DNA of 63,580 nucleotides, the filler included, from a bacterium (GTDB lineage Bacteria > UBA9089 > CG2-30-40-21 > SBAY01), in the NCBI GenBank assembly GCA_040757115.1. It is 15 parts of 15 records of this genome, joined end to end, with 100 filler letters (N's around TTAATTAATTAA, not from the genome) between each part and the next. Parts side by side here need not be neighbours in the genome. Positions count along the whole stretch, not along the records: positions 1 to 23,071 come from JBFLYA010000044.1; 14 more parts are not named here. The stretch is one strand, 5' to 3'. Position numbers and translations under genes: made by a program. This document shows, one piece after another, positions 10,969 through 22,206 of this stretch (position 1 is the stretch's first letter; the number at the start of each line of letters is the position of its first letter). The notes beneath the pieces are model-generated. The model worked only from the letters and a program-made list of their open reading frames with translations, did no database searches and was not told where the DNA came from.

Positions 10969-11676
10969 ATGACTAAAGCGGAACTTAGGGATGTAGATAG
11001 AAGGATAGAGCGGCTTTTAAAGAGTCAGGAAGAGTTTAGAAAGAGTCAGGAAGAGGAATTTAGAAAGAGTCAGGAGGAATTTAGAAAGGGCAATGAGGAG
11101 CTTAGAGAGGCTCAGAAAAAGACCGATGAGCAACTTAAAAAAACCGATGAAGAATTAAGGGCTATGTTCAAAAAGAGAGAGGAGGAACAAAAGAAAGTTG
11201 ATAAACAAATAGAAAATCTGCTTAAATCCGTAGATGGTGTAACCAAAGGGATAGGAAGAATCCCCGAAGGATTAGCCTTTGCTTCTTTTAAAAGAATATT
11301 CAAAGGATTAGGGATGTCTATTGAATGGACCAATCCAAACCTGAGAAGAAGATGCAATGGAAAAGAGATGGAAATAGACATATTGAGTTTGGTGAAGAAG
11401 GATAACCAGAATTTCATTATCTCTATTGAAGCAAAGGTATATCTAACTATAAAAGATGTTGGTGATCTTTTAGAAGACATTAAGAACTTCTATAACTTTT
11501 TCCCTGAATACAGAGATATTCCTCTTATTGCTGGCTTGGCATTTACAAATTATGCAGAGAATGCAAAAGTATATGCAGAGAAGAAAGGCATTTACCTTCT
11601 CTCTCTATCTGATGACACAATGACCCTTGCCAACAGCAAAGATTTTAACCCAAAGGTATGGGTTTATGGGAATTAG
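10969..11676 (+). CDS. Coiled-coil + PD-(D/E)XK nuclease-like protein (DUF3782-like)
   Basis: N-terminal KSQEEFR repeats; EIDIL..IEAK motif; YAEKKGIYLL..F.PKVW tail. Confidence 0.75.
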   Translation: MTKAELRDVDRRIERLLKSQEEFRKSQEEEFRKSQEEFRKGNEELREAQKKTDEQLKKTDEELRAMFKKREEEQKKVDKQIENLLKSVDGVTKGIGRIPEGLAFASFKRIFKGLGMSIEWTNPNLRRRCNGKEMEIDILSLVKKDNQNFIISIEAKVYLTIKDVGDLLEDIKNFYNFFPEYRDIPLIAGLAFTNYAENAKVYAEKKGIYLLSLSDDTMTLANSKDFNPKVWVYGN

Positions 11677-11760
11677 TGAATTAGCGAATTAAAGATTTAG
11701 GACGCAGATTTTCGCAGATTATCAGGATTAAAATTAAAATAAATATAATTTTTTCTATCT

Positions 11761-11912
11761 GTAGTGAGCATCTTTAGATGCGCTCCCCTTTTTAATGCAA
11801 ACTTTCCATGAAACTACATTTCTATCCATGAAACGGGTCTAAAGACCCTCACTACATTTCTATCCATGAAACGGGTCTAAAGACCCTCACTACATTTCCT
11901 TACCTACATTTC
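11761..11912. repeat. REP-like GTAG palindromes including a 38-bp tandem duplication
   Basis: GTAGTGAGCATCTTTAGATGC, and two copies of CCATGAAACGGGTCTAAAGACCCTCACTACATTTC. Confidence 0.6.
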
Positions 11913-11913
11913 C

Positions 11914-14900
11914 TTACCTGATAATCGCAATCTTGCCTGTCTTCTTCTTCCCATCACCAGTGGTCAACACATAGATGTATACCCCACTATCTATCTTCTT
12001 CCCATAATTATTCCGAACATCCCAAATCCAGGTGGCGCGTTTGCCTTCTTCATCTTTGACTAAACTACCTGAGATGTCGTAGATGCGGATTTGGGTATCT
12101 TCTGGTAACCCTTCAAAAACGATATTTTCATCCCCGCGGCTGGGCTTGAACGGATTCGGATAGACCACAACCCCATCAAAACCCGCCGCTATCCCTTCCC
12201 CAATCAAGATAAATGTCCCAAAATGCGGGACATCGCCATAGACAAAATTATTTCCGACTAAGACCTGTGCATTGGCTACCTCCACCCACCTCGATTCAAT
12301 TGATTCCTCATCCAGAATGTATAATTTCAATGTCTCCTCGGCTACATTCTTGGGTGGCTGATGGTAATAAATTATCATTCTGGTCGTTCGTGTCCCAAAA
12401 TCACCTTCTATCGGTCTCTTATCCCCATCTTTAGCTACTATGCGGATAATGGTGTCAGTTAGCAGACAAAATCCCGGGTTATAATGATTCATCCGCAAAT
12501 TCGCTATCTTAATCTCATCCTCATCCAGACCTGGTTTATCTATCTTTAGGTAATAATCTTTACTTACACTATGAGACTTAATGTCTATCTTCAAGCCTCC
12601 CTCTTCAACCTTTACATTACTTGCGTCATCGTATAACACAGCAAAATCGTTACTTTGAGACTCTATGCTCTCGGCTCTAATACTAATATGGACATCAGGT
12701 GCGGCTCGGTTAGTCTCAATTGTTACCGTGCCTATCTCTATGCCGTTATAGAAGGTGATACGGGCAGGTTTTATCTGACCAAAGTTAGTTGTAAGAGAAC
12801 CAGTGTGGTTGTAATCACTTGCCAGATTGCCATACCTGTCCAGGGCAGTTACTTTAATGCCAAACTTCGTATTGATAATCTGATGGTTAATCGGGTCAAA
12901 GTCAAATCGATTCACTCTACCAGATCTGACAGTTATGCTGGCACTGCCTTGTATCTGTTCTACTCTGCAGGTAAGTATCCCTTCCCCTGACTTTGTCCCG
13001 GCGACAAAAGTCGTGTTTGTGCCAATAACATTGGTCAACTCGCCCAGTTCACTTCCTACTTCCCATTTCCCATTTCCTACCTCTTTCTCATTCCCATATT
13101 TGTCATATCCATAAGCGGTAAATGTGGAAGTCCCGGCTACCTCTACCACCACCTCTTTGGGCAGAATGGTTATCTTTGCCAGTTTTCCTGGCACAATTCG
13201 GATATTAGCCGTGCCAATAACTTCTTCTGCACTTACCTTGATGATGCCTGATGCCGCCTTTGTGCCAGCAGTAAATGTGGTCATTGTGCCGAAAATATTA
13301 CTCAAATTCCCTATCTCATTTCCCACTTCCCATTTCCCATTTTCTACTTCTTTCTCATTCCCATTGCCATCATAGCCTCTGCTGGTGAATAATTGTGATT
13401 CATCAGGCATCAATGTTACACTTTCTGGCATAACCTCAATCAAGGAAAGACTGCCAGCCTGAACTAAAAATGGATTGCTTGTGCCTGTTTTTCCCTGGTA
13501 TCCTGCCGTAATCGCGCTCGTGCCTGTTCTGGTAATAGAGCCGATGCCAGCCCAGATACCTGCCACAAAGCTGGTGGTTAGCTTCGGATTTAAGCTCAGC
13601 GAGGTATCCTCTAACTGGACTTTATCACTAAAGTTAAGCATAGTGTTACCGTAAGAATCTTGTGCCATAATGGTGATGGGAAAAGGAATGCCCGCAAGAC
13701 AATTGCTAATAGTCCCAATCAGAAAATGGTCAAGGCGGTTATGGCTAACTAAAAAGGGATTACTTGTGCCTGTTTTTTCTTGGTAACCTGCCGTAATCGC
13801 GGTCGTGCCTGCTCTGGTGATAGAGCCAATGCCATCCCAGATACCTGCCACAAAGTTGGTGGTTAACTTTGGATTCAAGCTCAGCGAGGTATCCTCTAAC
13901 TGGACTTTATCACTAAAGTTAAGCATCGTGTTACCGTAAGAATCTTGTGCCATAATGGTTATGGGAAAAGGAACGCCTGCAACACAATTGCTAATAGTCC
14001 CAATCAGGAAATGGGCAAGGCTGTTATGGCTAACTAAAAAGGGATTGCTTGTGCCTGTTTTACCTTGATAGCCTGCCATAATCGCAGTAGTGCCTGCTCT
14101 GGTAATAGAGCCAATGCCATCCCAGATACCTGCCATAAAGTTGGTGGTTAGCTTTGGATTCAATGTCAGGCTGGTATCTTCCAATTGCACCTTATCGGTA
14201 AAGCTGGTTACCGTATTGTTGTAGGTATCTTTTGCAGTGATGACAACAGAGAAGTCTATCCCGGCAGTTTGATTGGTGATAGTGCCGATTAAGAAATGGT
14301 CGAGGCTACTGGGGATGATAAAGAAGGGATTGCTTGTGCCTGTTTTACCCTGGTAACTTGCCGTAATCGCGCTCGTGCCTGCTCTGGTGATACTAACTGT
14401 ACCATCCCAGATGCCCAGGCTAAAGTTTGTGGTTTTAGGCGGACTAATGGTGCGGCTGGTATCAGTTAGTGTGGCGGATGAGTTAAACATATCAGCGATA
14501 TTTCTCCAGCGGTCATAGGCATTGATGCTGACTGGGAAACTAATACCTGCGGTTTGAGTAGTTATGCTGCTAATGACAAAATACTCTACTTCACCCCCAC
14601 AGACCCAGAAGGTGTTACTTGTACCTCGAATATCCCCATAAATAACAGTAATACTGGTAGTGCCTCTTACGGTGATAGAGCCAGATCCATTCCACATACC
14701 ATCTATAAATGAAGTAGTCTGAGTAGGTTTAAGGCTGTTACTCAAGTCAATTAGAGTTACTGTCCTGGTAAAAGGAATAGGATTTTCGTAGGCATCTCTG
14801 GCGGTGATTTTAATCGGGAAATTCATCCCCGCAGTCTGGGTAGCAATAGTATCAAAGGTGAACATTGCTAATTCGCCAGAACTGGTAGTAATAGTGCCGG

Positions 14901-17900
14901 AGATAGCAGGTGGTAGAGTAGATAGGAGTTTTATCCTAACTTTATCGTTGGCATTAGGTGAAACCCAGTAGGTAATAGTGGCTATCTGACCGGTATTGGT
15001 AGTCGTAGTAGTGGTGGCGGATAGTGTTCCTGCTTTACCAGAAAGCACCACTACCTCTAAATTACAACTAATCCCTGCAGACCCAACCGCATTACCATAA
15101 ACATCGCTTAATTGGGCAGTGATGCTTACTGAACCACCCGCCAGGATGTAAACAGGATTTTCAGGATAGACGAGGAACTTAAATGGCTCGCCTGGCTGGA
15201 CATAAAATGGATTGCTTGTGCCTGTCTTACTCTGGTAACCTGCCGTAATTGCGGTTGTGCCTGCTCTGGTGATGCTAACTGTGCCATCCCAGATGCCACC
15301 AGTGAAGTTAGAGGTGATAGTAGGTTGGATGGTTTGAGAAAGGTCAGAGAGTCCAACTTTATCTTTGAAATTTAGCACTACATCACCAAATTCATCATAA
15401 GCAGTCATCTTTATTTGAAATCCTGTCCCTGCTATTTGGGGAGAGGAAATTGTGCCAAACAGGAAATATTCTACGCCAGTGATATAGAAGGACGCCCTTG
15501 CCTCATATCCTGAAATAAGTCCATAGGCAGTAATGGTTATCGTGCCAAATCCCTGGTCATTAACGGTAAAGGTAGTAGTAAAAGAACCGCCAACACAGGT
15601 AGATAGAGCAATAGTGGTAGTATTGCCAAATTCTATGCGAATGGTTTCTGTCGGGTAGAAATTGCACCCGCTAATAGTGACCTGCTTACCTACTACACCT
15701 CTTGTAGGTGAAACCAGGATAATCATCGCCGGTGAGAGTGTTGTCGCAAAGGTGATATTGGAAAGTGGGGAGAGATTGAAATCATCATCCCTGGCGCGAA
15801 TACAGAAGTAGTAGGTGGTAGTTGGGCAGAGGTTAGGGACGGTAAAAGATTCAGGAGAGCCAGCATCTTTGGGAACAATAGTGGATGTAGCTTTATTAGT
15901 CAAGTGCCAGTTTTGTGGGGTAATGGTGAAGGTAGCGCAGCGGATGTAGTAGCAGGTAGAAGAGCCTTTATCTTTGTCATCACCAGGTGCAGTCCAGGTT
16001 AAGGAAATAGAGGTAGGTTTGGGATTAAGAGCCTTAAGGTCAGTTATGCGAGAAGGGGGAACAATATCTGTATTATAGCAATTAGTCCGCCTTATGTCGT
16101 GATTTGCCATCGGCCATTCCAACGCACCCTTTTCACATTTACCTTCATAGTCCCAGATGTAGACTTTAGGTATTGCCCAGGCAATATGCATAAATTCTTC
16201 ACCTGCACAAATTACCTCTACATCCCCATCTAAATCAATATCGGCGATGACAAGAGGTGAAGTTCTTCTATCCTCTGGTTTCATAAGTAGATTTAACTTC
16301 TGCGTCCCATCGTTATTCCAGATAGTTATAGTGCCCTTTTTCATATAATATATACTTTCTATAACCTCAAACTGATTATCATTATCCATATCTGAGATTA
16401 ATGGATGAGATGGACCTCTTTGACTACCCGCTTTAGGCCAACCAGTTACATTACTCCCATCATGATTTAAGACATACAGGTAGTTACAAGTATCAATAAT
16501 CACCTCCATATCTCCATTATTATCGATATCTCCAAGAATAACTGAGTATGAGACATTGTAATCATTACCTCCTACTTGTTTTGGATAACCAAATACATCA
16601 CTACCATCGTAATTTAAGGCGTATAAAAATATCTTTGGTGACTGGTATGAGGCAATGATAATCTCTAACTCATCGTCACTATCAATATTTCCAACAGCAA
16701 ATACATCAGGAAAACCATCTGGATAGGGTATAGTTTTGGGCCATTGACCCGGAGCTAATTCACCATCACTTTGTAAAACATAGACCTTACCTTCTGTTGA
16801 GAAGGCTATAATCTCATGATTTCCATCTTTATCAATATCAGCAATAATAGGGTGATAGCCACCTTGTAGATTTATCTCTTTAGGCCAATCCCCATCTACT
16901 AATGTTCCGTTATGATGCCAGGTATAGAGCTTATCGTTCATCTCCACCACAATCTCAAGGTCTCCATCATTATCTATATCACCTATGGCAGGTGAGTTTG
17001 AATTCGTCCCCTCCTTAGGAAAACCAGGTACATTGCTACCATCATGATTCAGGACATAAAACCTTTTTCTACCACTTATGATAATCTCCAACTTATTATC
17101 ATTATCCATATCAGCTAAGATAGGTGTCCCTGCTATATCACCATTTTCTTCTACTGTTATTAGTTTAGGCCAGTTATCTACAAAGTCACCATTATGATGC
17201 CAGATATATAGATAATTCCCAGTAACTGCACTTACGACCTCTAAATCCCCATCACCATCTATATCTCCCACTGCTGGTGATACTTGTATCCTAAATGAAA
17301 GAGGTTGAGGTATTTTAGTCCAGCCCTGCTGATAGATATTCACCTCTATTGATTTATATGCAGTATTGTTAATAGTCTCTGCCTCTGGAATAGTATCATA
17401 AGGGTCTATGACTACATAAATCTTATACTCACCTATTGGTAAATCAGGAATCCAGTTTATCTCTGTTGTTTCTCTTCCTTTAGCATAAATTGTAGTTATT
17501 GTCTTAGACCCTATCTCTACACCATTTACTGGGTCTCCAAGGAAGAATTTAATCAATACATCTGCTGCATCTGTATCACCAAGATTATGAATAATGGCAG
17601 AGATTTTTGTTTTTTCATTTGGTCGTGGGAAGTTAGGATTAAAATTAATATCAATTGGTTCAATCTCTAATTCTGGCTTATTTTGTTCTAATCCTGCCCT
17701 TGAAATAGTCAATGCTGGGTCTCCTAACATATTCCATTCATGCTGCCAGAGGTAATTATATGAATTAAGTGTTAATTCACCGAGAGAGAAACTGTTATAA
17801 CTATACTCTGCCATAAATTGATATGCCTTTATAGGATAAATAATACCATCAGTTGTTCCTGCAGATGCTCCCCAATAAGCAATAGCACCACCATTTTCTT

Positions 17901-19725
17901 TCTTAAGGAAAGCCTCTGCAAGACAATCAGGAAACTTACTGTCATCCCATAAAAAATCAGCCGTATCACAAGCAGCGCCAAAGACAACAGGCAATTTATC
18001 ACTATTATAAAGGCTATTTACCTGTCTAACTGAAAACGGTGATTCCGTATTCATCGCCCACCCTAAAGGATGTCCATGTCCATTATAGGTTACTAATAAG
18101 TGACCATCATTAATTGCTTCAACAACTATTCCACCTGTACCTGTTTCTTCGATCTTAGTTACTTCAAACCCCCCAGGTAAGAGATAATAATTTATTAAGG
18201 CATCAAAGTCACCACCAAAACCTTTTCCATCTACCATTAAAACTTTATTCCGCCACTTTCCTGGTATAGGATTTTTTTCATATTCGATTATCTTGTTAAC
18301 CATCACCTTTGTGTCTGTTCCAGATTCTACAGGCAGTCGACCTATCATTATATCCATTGTCCAGTATTCCCAAGATAGACTTTCATCATTGATACAGACA
18401 TACCAAGTATCAGCTACTGGTTCACCTATATAGGGATATATCTCTCTAAGAAACTTTGGAGGTACATAGGAAAAATACTGTTTCTCACCATCTCCAAAGA
18501 TAACTACATAGCCAAGATGGTTATCTTCCATAGAAGGAGCAGACCAATTGTTATAGACATATTTGATAAAATCTTTGATAGAAGTAGTCGTTCCTTTCTC
18601 AGTAATAGGGAATTCGTTGTAGATAGCGGTGGTATTGACTATTGCGACATTGAAGCCGTTGTATTCTGCCCGATGCTCGGCTAATCTTCTTAAATCTTCG
18701 TTATTGTAGAATCCCTCAGAGGTAATAATCAGATAATCCGCAGAGTTTGCTGGGTCTTTCAGGTTGGTGATGTAGCTTAATGTTCCTGTTCTTTTAGTGG
18801 TAAGTGGTAAGTGGCGAGTGGTAAGTGGTTTGTAGTTTAAGAGTGTGTGTTTTAATACATTGGCAAAAGGTGAAGCCATCTCTGGTTGTTTTAGTGATAG
18901 AGGTACTCCCTTTTTACGCAGGTAGTTTATTTCTATCTTCAGGTTAGGATAGATTCTGAGTTCTTTTTTTGCAGGGTTGAATTGGATGGGATATATTTCT
19001 AACCTTAAGATGCGCTGGTCACGGATGTAGCCGATGGAAGCAATCTTACAAGGGTAATTGGGTAATTGGGTAATTGGGTAATTGTGCTTCGCAACACTCT
19101 TCGAATTGGGTAACTTCTTTGATTCTTCAGATTTTTCTCCCAGATAAATCTGGGAGTCCGGAGTCCTCAATTTATTGAGGGTTTCTCGATTCTTCAGTCC
19201 TTCAGTCTCCATAGGATACCAGATGTCCTGCTTGTAAAACTCTTCATCTATGAAAAATTCTTCAGCAACATATTTGTAGCCCTCTGGGGTGGTTTTTACT
19301 ACTTGCTTGGGGACAGGAAATATGACAATGGGTGAATGGGAGAATGGGTGAATGGGTGATGGGGAAGTAGAAGAGATTGAAATCTCTACGCCATCCGGGA
19401 TGGCAAGCATTAACTGGATTACGGGTAGTTTAGGTTTGCCGACTTCCTGAGTAAATCTGTATTCATGCCCTGGAATACTCAAAATCTGAAATGTCTCTGT
19501 TCCTTCACTCCGAGCTCCGAGCTCCAAGCTCCGAGCTTGCTTCACATTCACACCAAACACATTCGCTTCGAGCGTAATGCCTGAGCTATCATCCTTGACT
19601 ACCTCAATCTCTGGCGGAGTAGGAGAAGATACACCTTCTTTAAATGGCAGCCAGGTGCTTGCATAGGTGATACTTGAAAAGAGTATTAAGTTAATGCATG
19701 CAATAATTATCGTTTTATATATCAT
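11914..19725 (-). CDS. Giant secreted C25 cysteine peptidase, paralog of 317-8209
   Basis: Same architecture; catalytic YNGHG and AACDTAD; C-terminal part nearly identical to copy 1. Confidence 0.88.
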   Translation of the reverse strand: MIYKTIIIACINLILFSSITYASTWLPFKEGVSSPTPPEIEVVKDDSSGITLEANVFGVNVKQARSLELGARSEGTETFQILSIPGHEYRFTQEVGKPKLPVIQLMLAIPDGVEISISSTSPSPIHPFSHSPIVIFPVPKQVVKTTPEGYKYVAEEFFIDEEFYKQDIWYPMETEGLKNRETLNKLRTPDSQIYLGEKSEESKKLPNSKSVAKHNYPITQLPNYPCKIASIGYIRDQRILRLEIYPIQFNPAKKELRIYPNLKIEINYLRKKGVPLSLKQPEMASPFANVLKHTLLNYKPLTTRHLPLTTKRTGTLSYITNLKDPANSADYLIITSEGFYNNEDLRRLAEHRAEYNGFNVAIVNTTAIYNEFPITEKGTTTSIKDFIKYVYNNWSAPSMEDNHLGYVVIFGDGEKQYFSYVPPKFLREIYPYIGEPVADTWYVCINDESLSWEYWTMDIMIGRLPVESGTDTKVMVNKIIEYEKNPIPGKWRNKVLMVDGKGFGGDFDALINYYLLPGGFEVTKIEETGTGGIVVEAINDGHLLVTYNGHGHPLGWAMNTESPFSVRQVNSLYNSDKLPVVFGAACDTADFLWDDSKFPDCLAEAFLKKENGGAIAYWGASAGTTDGIIYPIKAYQFMAEYSYNSFSLGELTLNSYNYLWQHEWNMLGDPALTISRAGLEQNKPELEIEPIDINFNPNFPRPNEKTKISAIIHNLGDTDAADVLIKFFLGDPVNGVEIGSKTITTIYAKGRETTEINWIPDLPIGEYKIYVVIDPYDTIPEAETINNTAYKSIEVNIYQQGWTKIPQPLSFRIQVSPAVGDIDGDGDLEVVSAVTGNYLYIWHHNGDFVDNWPKLITVEENGDIAGTPILADMDNDNKLEIIISGRKRFYVLNHDGSNVPGFPKEGTNSNSPAIGDIDNDGDLEIVVEMNDKLYTWHHNGTLVDGDWPKEINLQGGYHPIIADIDKDGNHEIIAFSTEGKVYVLQSDGELAPGQWPKTIPYPDGFPDVFAVGNIDSDDELEIIIASYQSPKIFLYALNYDGSDVFGYPKQVGGNDYNVSYSVILGDIDNNGDMEVIIDTCNYLYVLNHDGSNVTGWPKAGSQRGPSHPLISDMDNDNQFEVIESIYYMKKGTITIWNNDGTQKLNLLMKPEDRRTSPLVIADIDLDGDVEVICAGEEFMHIAWAIPKVYIWDYEGKCEKGALEWPMANHDIRRTNCYNTDIVPPSRITDLKALNPKPTSISLTWTAPGDDKDKGSSTCYYIRCATFTITPQNWHLTNKATSTIVPKDAGSPESFTVPNLCPTTTYYFCIRARDDDFNLSPLSNITFATTLSPAMIILVSPTRGVVGKQVTISGCNFYPTETIRIEFGNTTTIALSTCVGGSFTTTFTVNDQGFGTITITAYGLISGYEARASFYITGVEYFLFGTISSPQIAGTGFQIKMTAYDEFGDVVLNFKDKVGLSDLSQTIQPTITSNFTGGIWDGTVSITRAGTTAITAGYQSKTGTSNPFYVQPGEPFKFLVYPENPVYILAGGSVSITAQLSDVYGNAVGSAGISCNLEVVVLSGKAGTLSATTTTTTNTGQIATITYWVSPNANDKVRIKLLSTLPPAISGTITTSSGELAMFTFDTIATQTAGMNFPIKITARDAYENPIPFTRTVTLIDLSNSLKPTQTTSFIDGMWNGSGSITVRGTTSITVIYGDIRGTSNTFWVCGGEVEYFVISSITTQTAGISFPVSINAYDRWRNIADMFNSSATLTDTSRTISPPKTTNFSLGIWDGTVSITRAGTSAITASYQGKTGTSNPFFIIPSSLDHFLIGTITNQTAGIDFSVVITAKDTYNNTVTSFTDKVQLEDTSLTLNPKLTTNFMAGIWDGIGSITRAGTTAIMAGYQGKTGTSNPFLVSHNSLAHFLIGTISNCVAGVPFPITIMAQDSYGNTMLNFSDKVQLEDTSLSLNPKLTTNFVAGIWDGIGSITRAGTTAITAGYQEKTGTSNPFLVSHNRLDHFLIGTISNCLAGIPFPITIMAQDSYGNTMLNFSDKVQLEDTSLSLNPKLTTSFVAGIWAGIGSITRTGTSAITAGYQGKTGTSNPFLVQAGSLSLIEVMPESVTLMPDESQLFTSRGYDGNGNEKEVENGKWEVGNEIGNLSNIFGTMTTFTAGTKAASGIIKVSAEEVIGTANIRIVPGKLAKITILPKEVVVEVAGTSTFTAYGYDKYGNEKEVGNGKWEVGSELGELTNVIGTNTTFVAGTKSGEGILTCRVEQIQGSASITVRSGRVNRFDFDPINHQIINTKFGIKVTALDRYGNLASDYNHTGSLTTNFGQIKPARITFYNGIEIGTVTIETNRAAPDVHISIRAESIESQSNDFAVLYDDASNVKVEEGGLKIDIKSHSVSKDYYLKIDKPGLDEDEIKIANLRMNHYNPGFCLLTDTIIRIVAKDGDKRPIEGDFGTRTTRMIIYYHQPPKNVAEETLKLYILDEESIESRWVEVANAQVLVGNNFVYGDVPHFGTFILIGEGIAAGFDGVVVYPNPFKPSRGDENIVFEGLPEDTQIRIYDISGSLVKDEEGKRATWIWDVRNNYGKKIDSGVYIYVLTTGDGKKKTGKIAIIR

Positions 19726-20087
19726 AATGGAATTTAAATTGAAATATAATTAAAATACGATTGAAATATATTGTTTTTTTTCTGCCAAATTCCATCTATT
19801 TCTACATATTTCTATTATATTTCCACCAATAAATATACCATAAAATAATACAGAAGTCAATTAGAAAAGCAACTAAAGGATTAAGAAACTGAAGGACTGA
19901 ACAAGAAAAATCGCCACGAAGACACAAAGGCACAAAGGAAACACAAAAAAACATAGTTTTAATCTTCGTGTATTAGTAACTTAGTGGCAATATTACAAAC
20001 AACCCTCAATAAATCTGTTCCTGACAGAGCCTGCTCCTGATAGGTTTCAGAAGTTCAGGAATTGAGGATTCCGAAACCATAGATAAA

Positions 20088-20135
20088 AAGAAAGACCTGA
20101 TTCTTTCCGGCCGAAAAAGAAATCAGGTCTCTCTT
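20088..20135 (-). terminator. Probable intrinsic terminator
   Basis: AGACCTGATT..AATCAGGTCT stem downstream of 20175-20831. Confidence 0.5.
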
Positions 20136-20174
20136 GTTTAATTAGGATACTCCTAGCTATTTTTATTCATACAT

Positions 20175-20831
20175 TTATGGTGTGGGTATGAATGAAAGTG
20201 TAATGTAGAATACATCCTCGTATATATCCATTGGGTCATTCTCTCTAATAACAATTCTTGCCCATAGGTCTTGGTTATACTTTACTCGCTTTCCATCCAC
20301 ACATGGTAATGGAGTTCCTGGCATATCACCATTAAAAGCTGGTGCAAGTGTAAATGAACCTTTACTTGGTTCTCTCCCACTTGGAGTTGCCATCGCATAG
20401 TATGTTGTAAGTGTCGCATTATCCGCATGGTTTCTCTTTACATGGTCACACCCTGATACTGCTATCTTTAGAGAGTGTGTACTTGTTGCAATTGCTGATA
20501 CATGGATATTCGTCCAGTTAATCATATAATCGTTACCTGGTATCATTCTCCCGTCCCACTCAAGATGGTCATCATCAATATCTACATACATACATGCTCT
20601 TCCATTAAAAGTATGCGTCATAGTTGCTACCCATGGTCCTGCACATTCCTTTTCATATGGAGTATTTTCACCTTTACCCCAAGCATAGGGATAAGCTGAT
20701 TGAGGTGGTGGAGTGTATCCGTCTTCTGGTGTAAAGAATGCTGCAGTAGCTTCTGCATAAACTGTAGTTGTGTATCCTCCTGTAATCAACACGCTAAGAG
20801 TAATTAGAGTAATAGCTAATAGATTCTTCAT
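20175..20831 (-). CDS. Secreted hypothetical protein, paralog of 8728-9369
   Basis: Shared motifs VDIDDDHL.W, NDYMI.WTNI, SGCDH, GSFTLAPAFNG, YNQDLWAR. Confidence 0.85.
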   Translation of the reverse strand: MKNLLAITLITLSVLITGGYTTTVYAEATAAFFTPEDGYTPPPQSAYPYAWGKGENTPYEKECAGPWVATMTHTFNGRACMYVDIDDDHLEWDGRMIPGNDYMINWTNIHVSAIATSTHSLKIAVSGCDHVKRNHADNATLTTYYAMATPSGREPSKGSFTLAPAFNGDMPGTPLPCVDGKRVKYNQDLWARIVIRENDPMDIYEDVFYITLSFIPTP

Positions 20832-20965
20832 TTTTCTTCACCTCCTTTTGTTTTAGATTTTTATGTTAACTCTTCGCCAGCGTTGAAATATCTCACCACC
20901 TCCTTTTTTGCTTTTGAAGAGAGAAGTTTTTCGTAATTGTTCACCGCAGAGACGCAGAGAATTTT

Positions 20966-21143
20966 CCACCTGTGCGGTTAAATGTAAAATGGATAATGTA
21001 AAATGAGAAATGTAAAATGTATAACTGAAAGGTAATGAGTCTTGTGAAGTACTAAAATTCCCCATTTTTCATTTCCTATTTTACATTTTACATTTATTTT
21101 TCCTTTGCGTCTCTGCGATGAATTAATCTAATCGCACAGGTGG
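20966..21143. mobile_element. Miniature element with C(C/G)ACCTGTGCG ends and inverted AAAATGT/ACATTTT arrays
   Basis: Terminal inverted repeats; near-identical copy at 52603-52786. Confidence 0.75.
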
Positions 21144-21193
21144 AAATTTACTCTTCAGAACTGACCCGAGCTACGCAGGATACAAGCCTGCGG

Positions 21194-22114
21194 CTACCAA
21201 CTCACGGAGAGGGATATGCGGTTCATGTCTTCTGCACCATCCATTTCTCCACTTGATACATTGGCAAAATCAAGCTGATAGACTTTGTAGTTTATTCCAA
21301 ACCCATAAGTTAAACCATCTACCTTCCTGCCTTTGTCAAGATAGCCGAGCCTTATCGCCAGAATATTGTAGGTATACTCAATGCCTGCGTTTATAGCCAG
21401 CTTAGAATTATAAAAATGCTTGTTTAAGTCCAGTGATAGGAGAAGATTATTCATTGGTTGGTAGGCAAGCCCGGTTCGTAGATTTAGTGGTAATTCATCT
21501 CCTTTTATCTTACTACCGAGATTTTCTATGCACGCACCAAGGGTTAAATTTGGTATTTGAGTCTTGCACAAAACCCCAAAATCAATACCAAATCCCTTCC
21601 CTTTCATTTCCTTCAGGTTACGCTGGATGTATTTCAGGCTTCCACCTAAGGATACATTTTCATAATAGAGTTTGCTGTATGAGAGGATGAGGGCAAATTC
21701 AGATGGACTGATGTCTCCTGTGGGTGCATTAGCCTTGTTCCTGGTTTCTATCTTGCCTAAATCCTGATGTATTATGCTTATACCCATTACTCCATCTCCT
21801 TCCCATTCTTCAATCGGTTGGGCATAGCCTAAGAAGGTTCGCGAAGTATCCTCTCGCTTATCGCCATACATCGCCCAGACCTCTTTTTTAGTCAGATAGG
21901 CTAATCCAGCAGGGTTAAAGTAGATAGATTCTACACCATCTGCTACTCCACAAAATGCCTCTCCCATTGCAGATGCCCTTGCTCCTACGCCCAGCTTTAA
22001 GAAATCAGCGGCGGTATCCGCCCCTGCCTCGGCATTAGGGAGTAGAAAGTAGAGAGTAGAGAGTAAAGAAAGAAATAGAGTTATACTTACCTGTTGTACC
22101 TTTTTGTTTAACAT
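21194..22114 (-). CDS. PorV/PorQ-family outer-membrane beta-barrel
   Basis: Same motifs as 9558-10463; ends in W. Confidence 0.85.
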   Translation of the reverse strand: MLNKKVQQVSITLFLSLLSTLYFLLPNAEAGADTAADFLKLGVGARASAMGEAFCGVADGVESIYFNPAGLAYLTKKEVWAMYGDKREDTSRTFLGYAQPIEEWEGDGVMGISIIHQDLGKIETRNKANAPTGDISPSEFALILSYSKLYYENVSLGGSLKYIQRNLKEMKGKGFGIDFGVLCKTQIPNLTLGACIENLGSKIKGDELPLNLRTGLAYQPMNNLLLSLDLNKHFYNSKLAINAGIEYTYNILAIRLGYLDKGRKVDGLTYGFGINYKVYQLDFANVSSGEMDGAEDMNRISLSVSW

Positions 22115-22206
22115 TTTATTTTACCTCCTTTTTTCGGGACGCAGATTTTCGCAGATTATTAGGATAATATTTTTTAAAAATCCTGTAAATCCTGTACATC
22201 TGCGTC

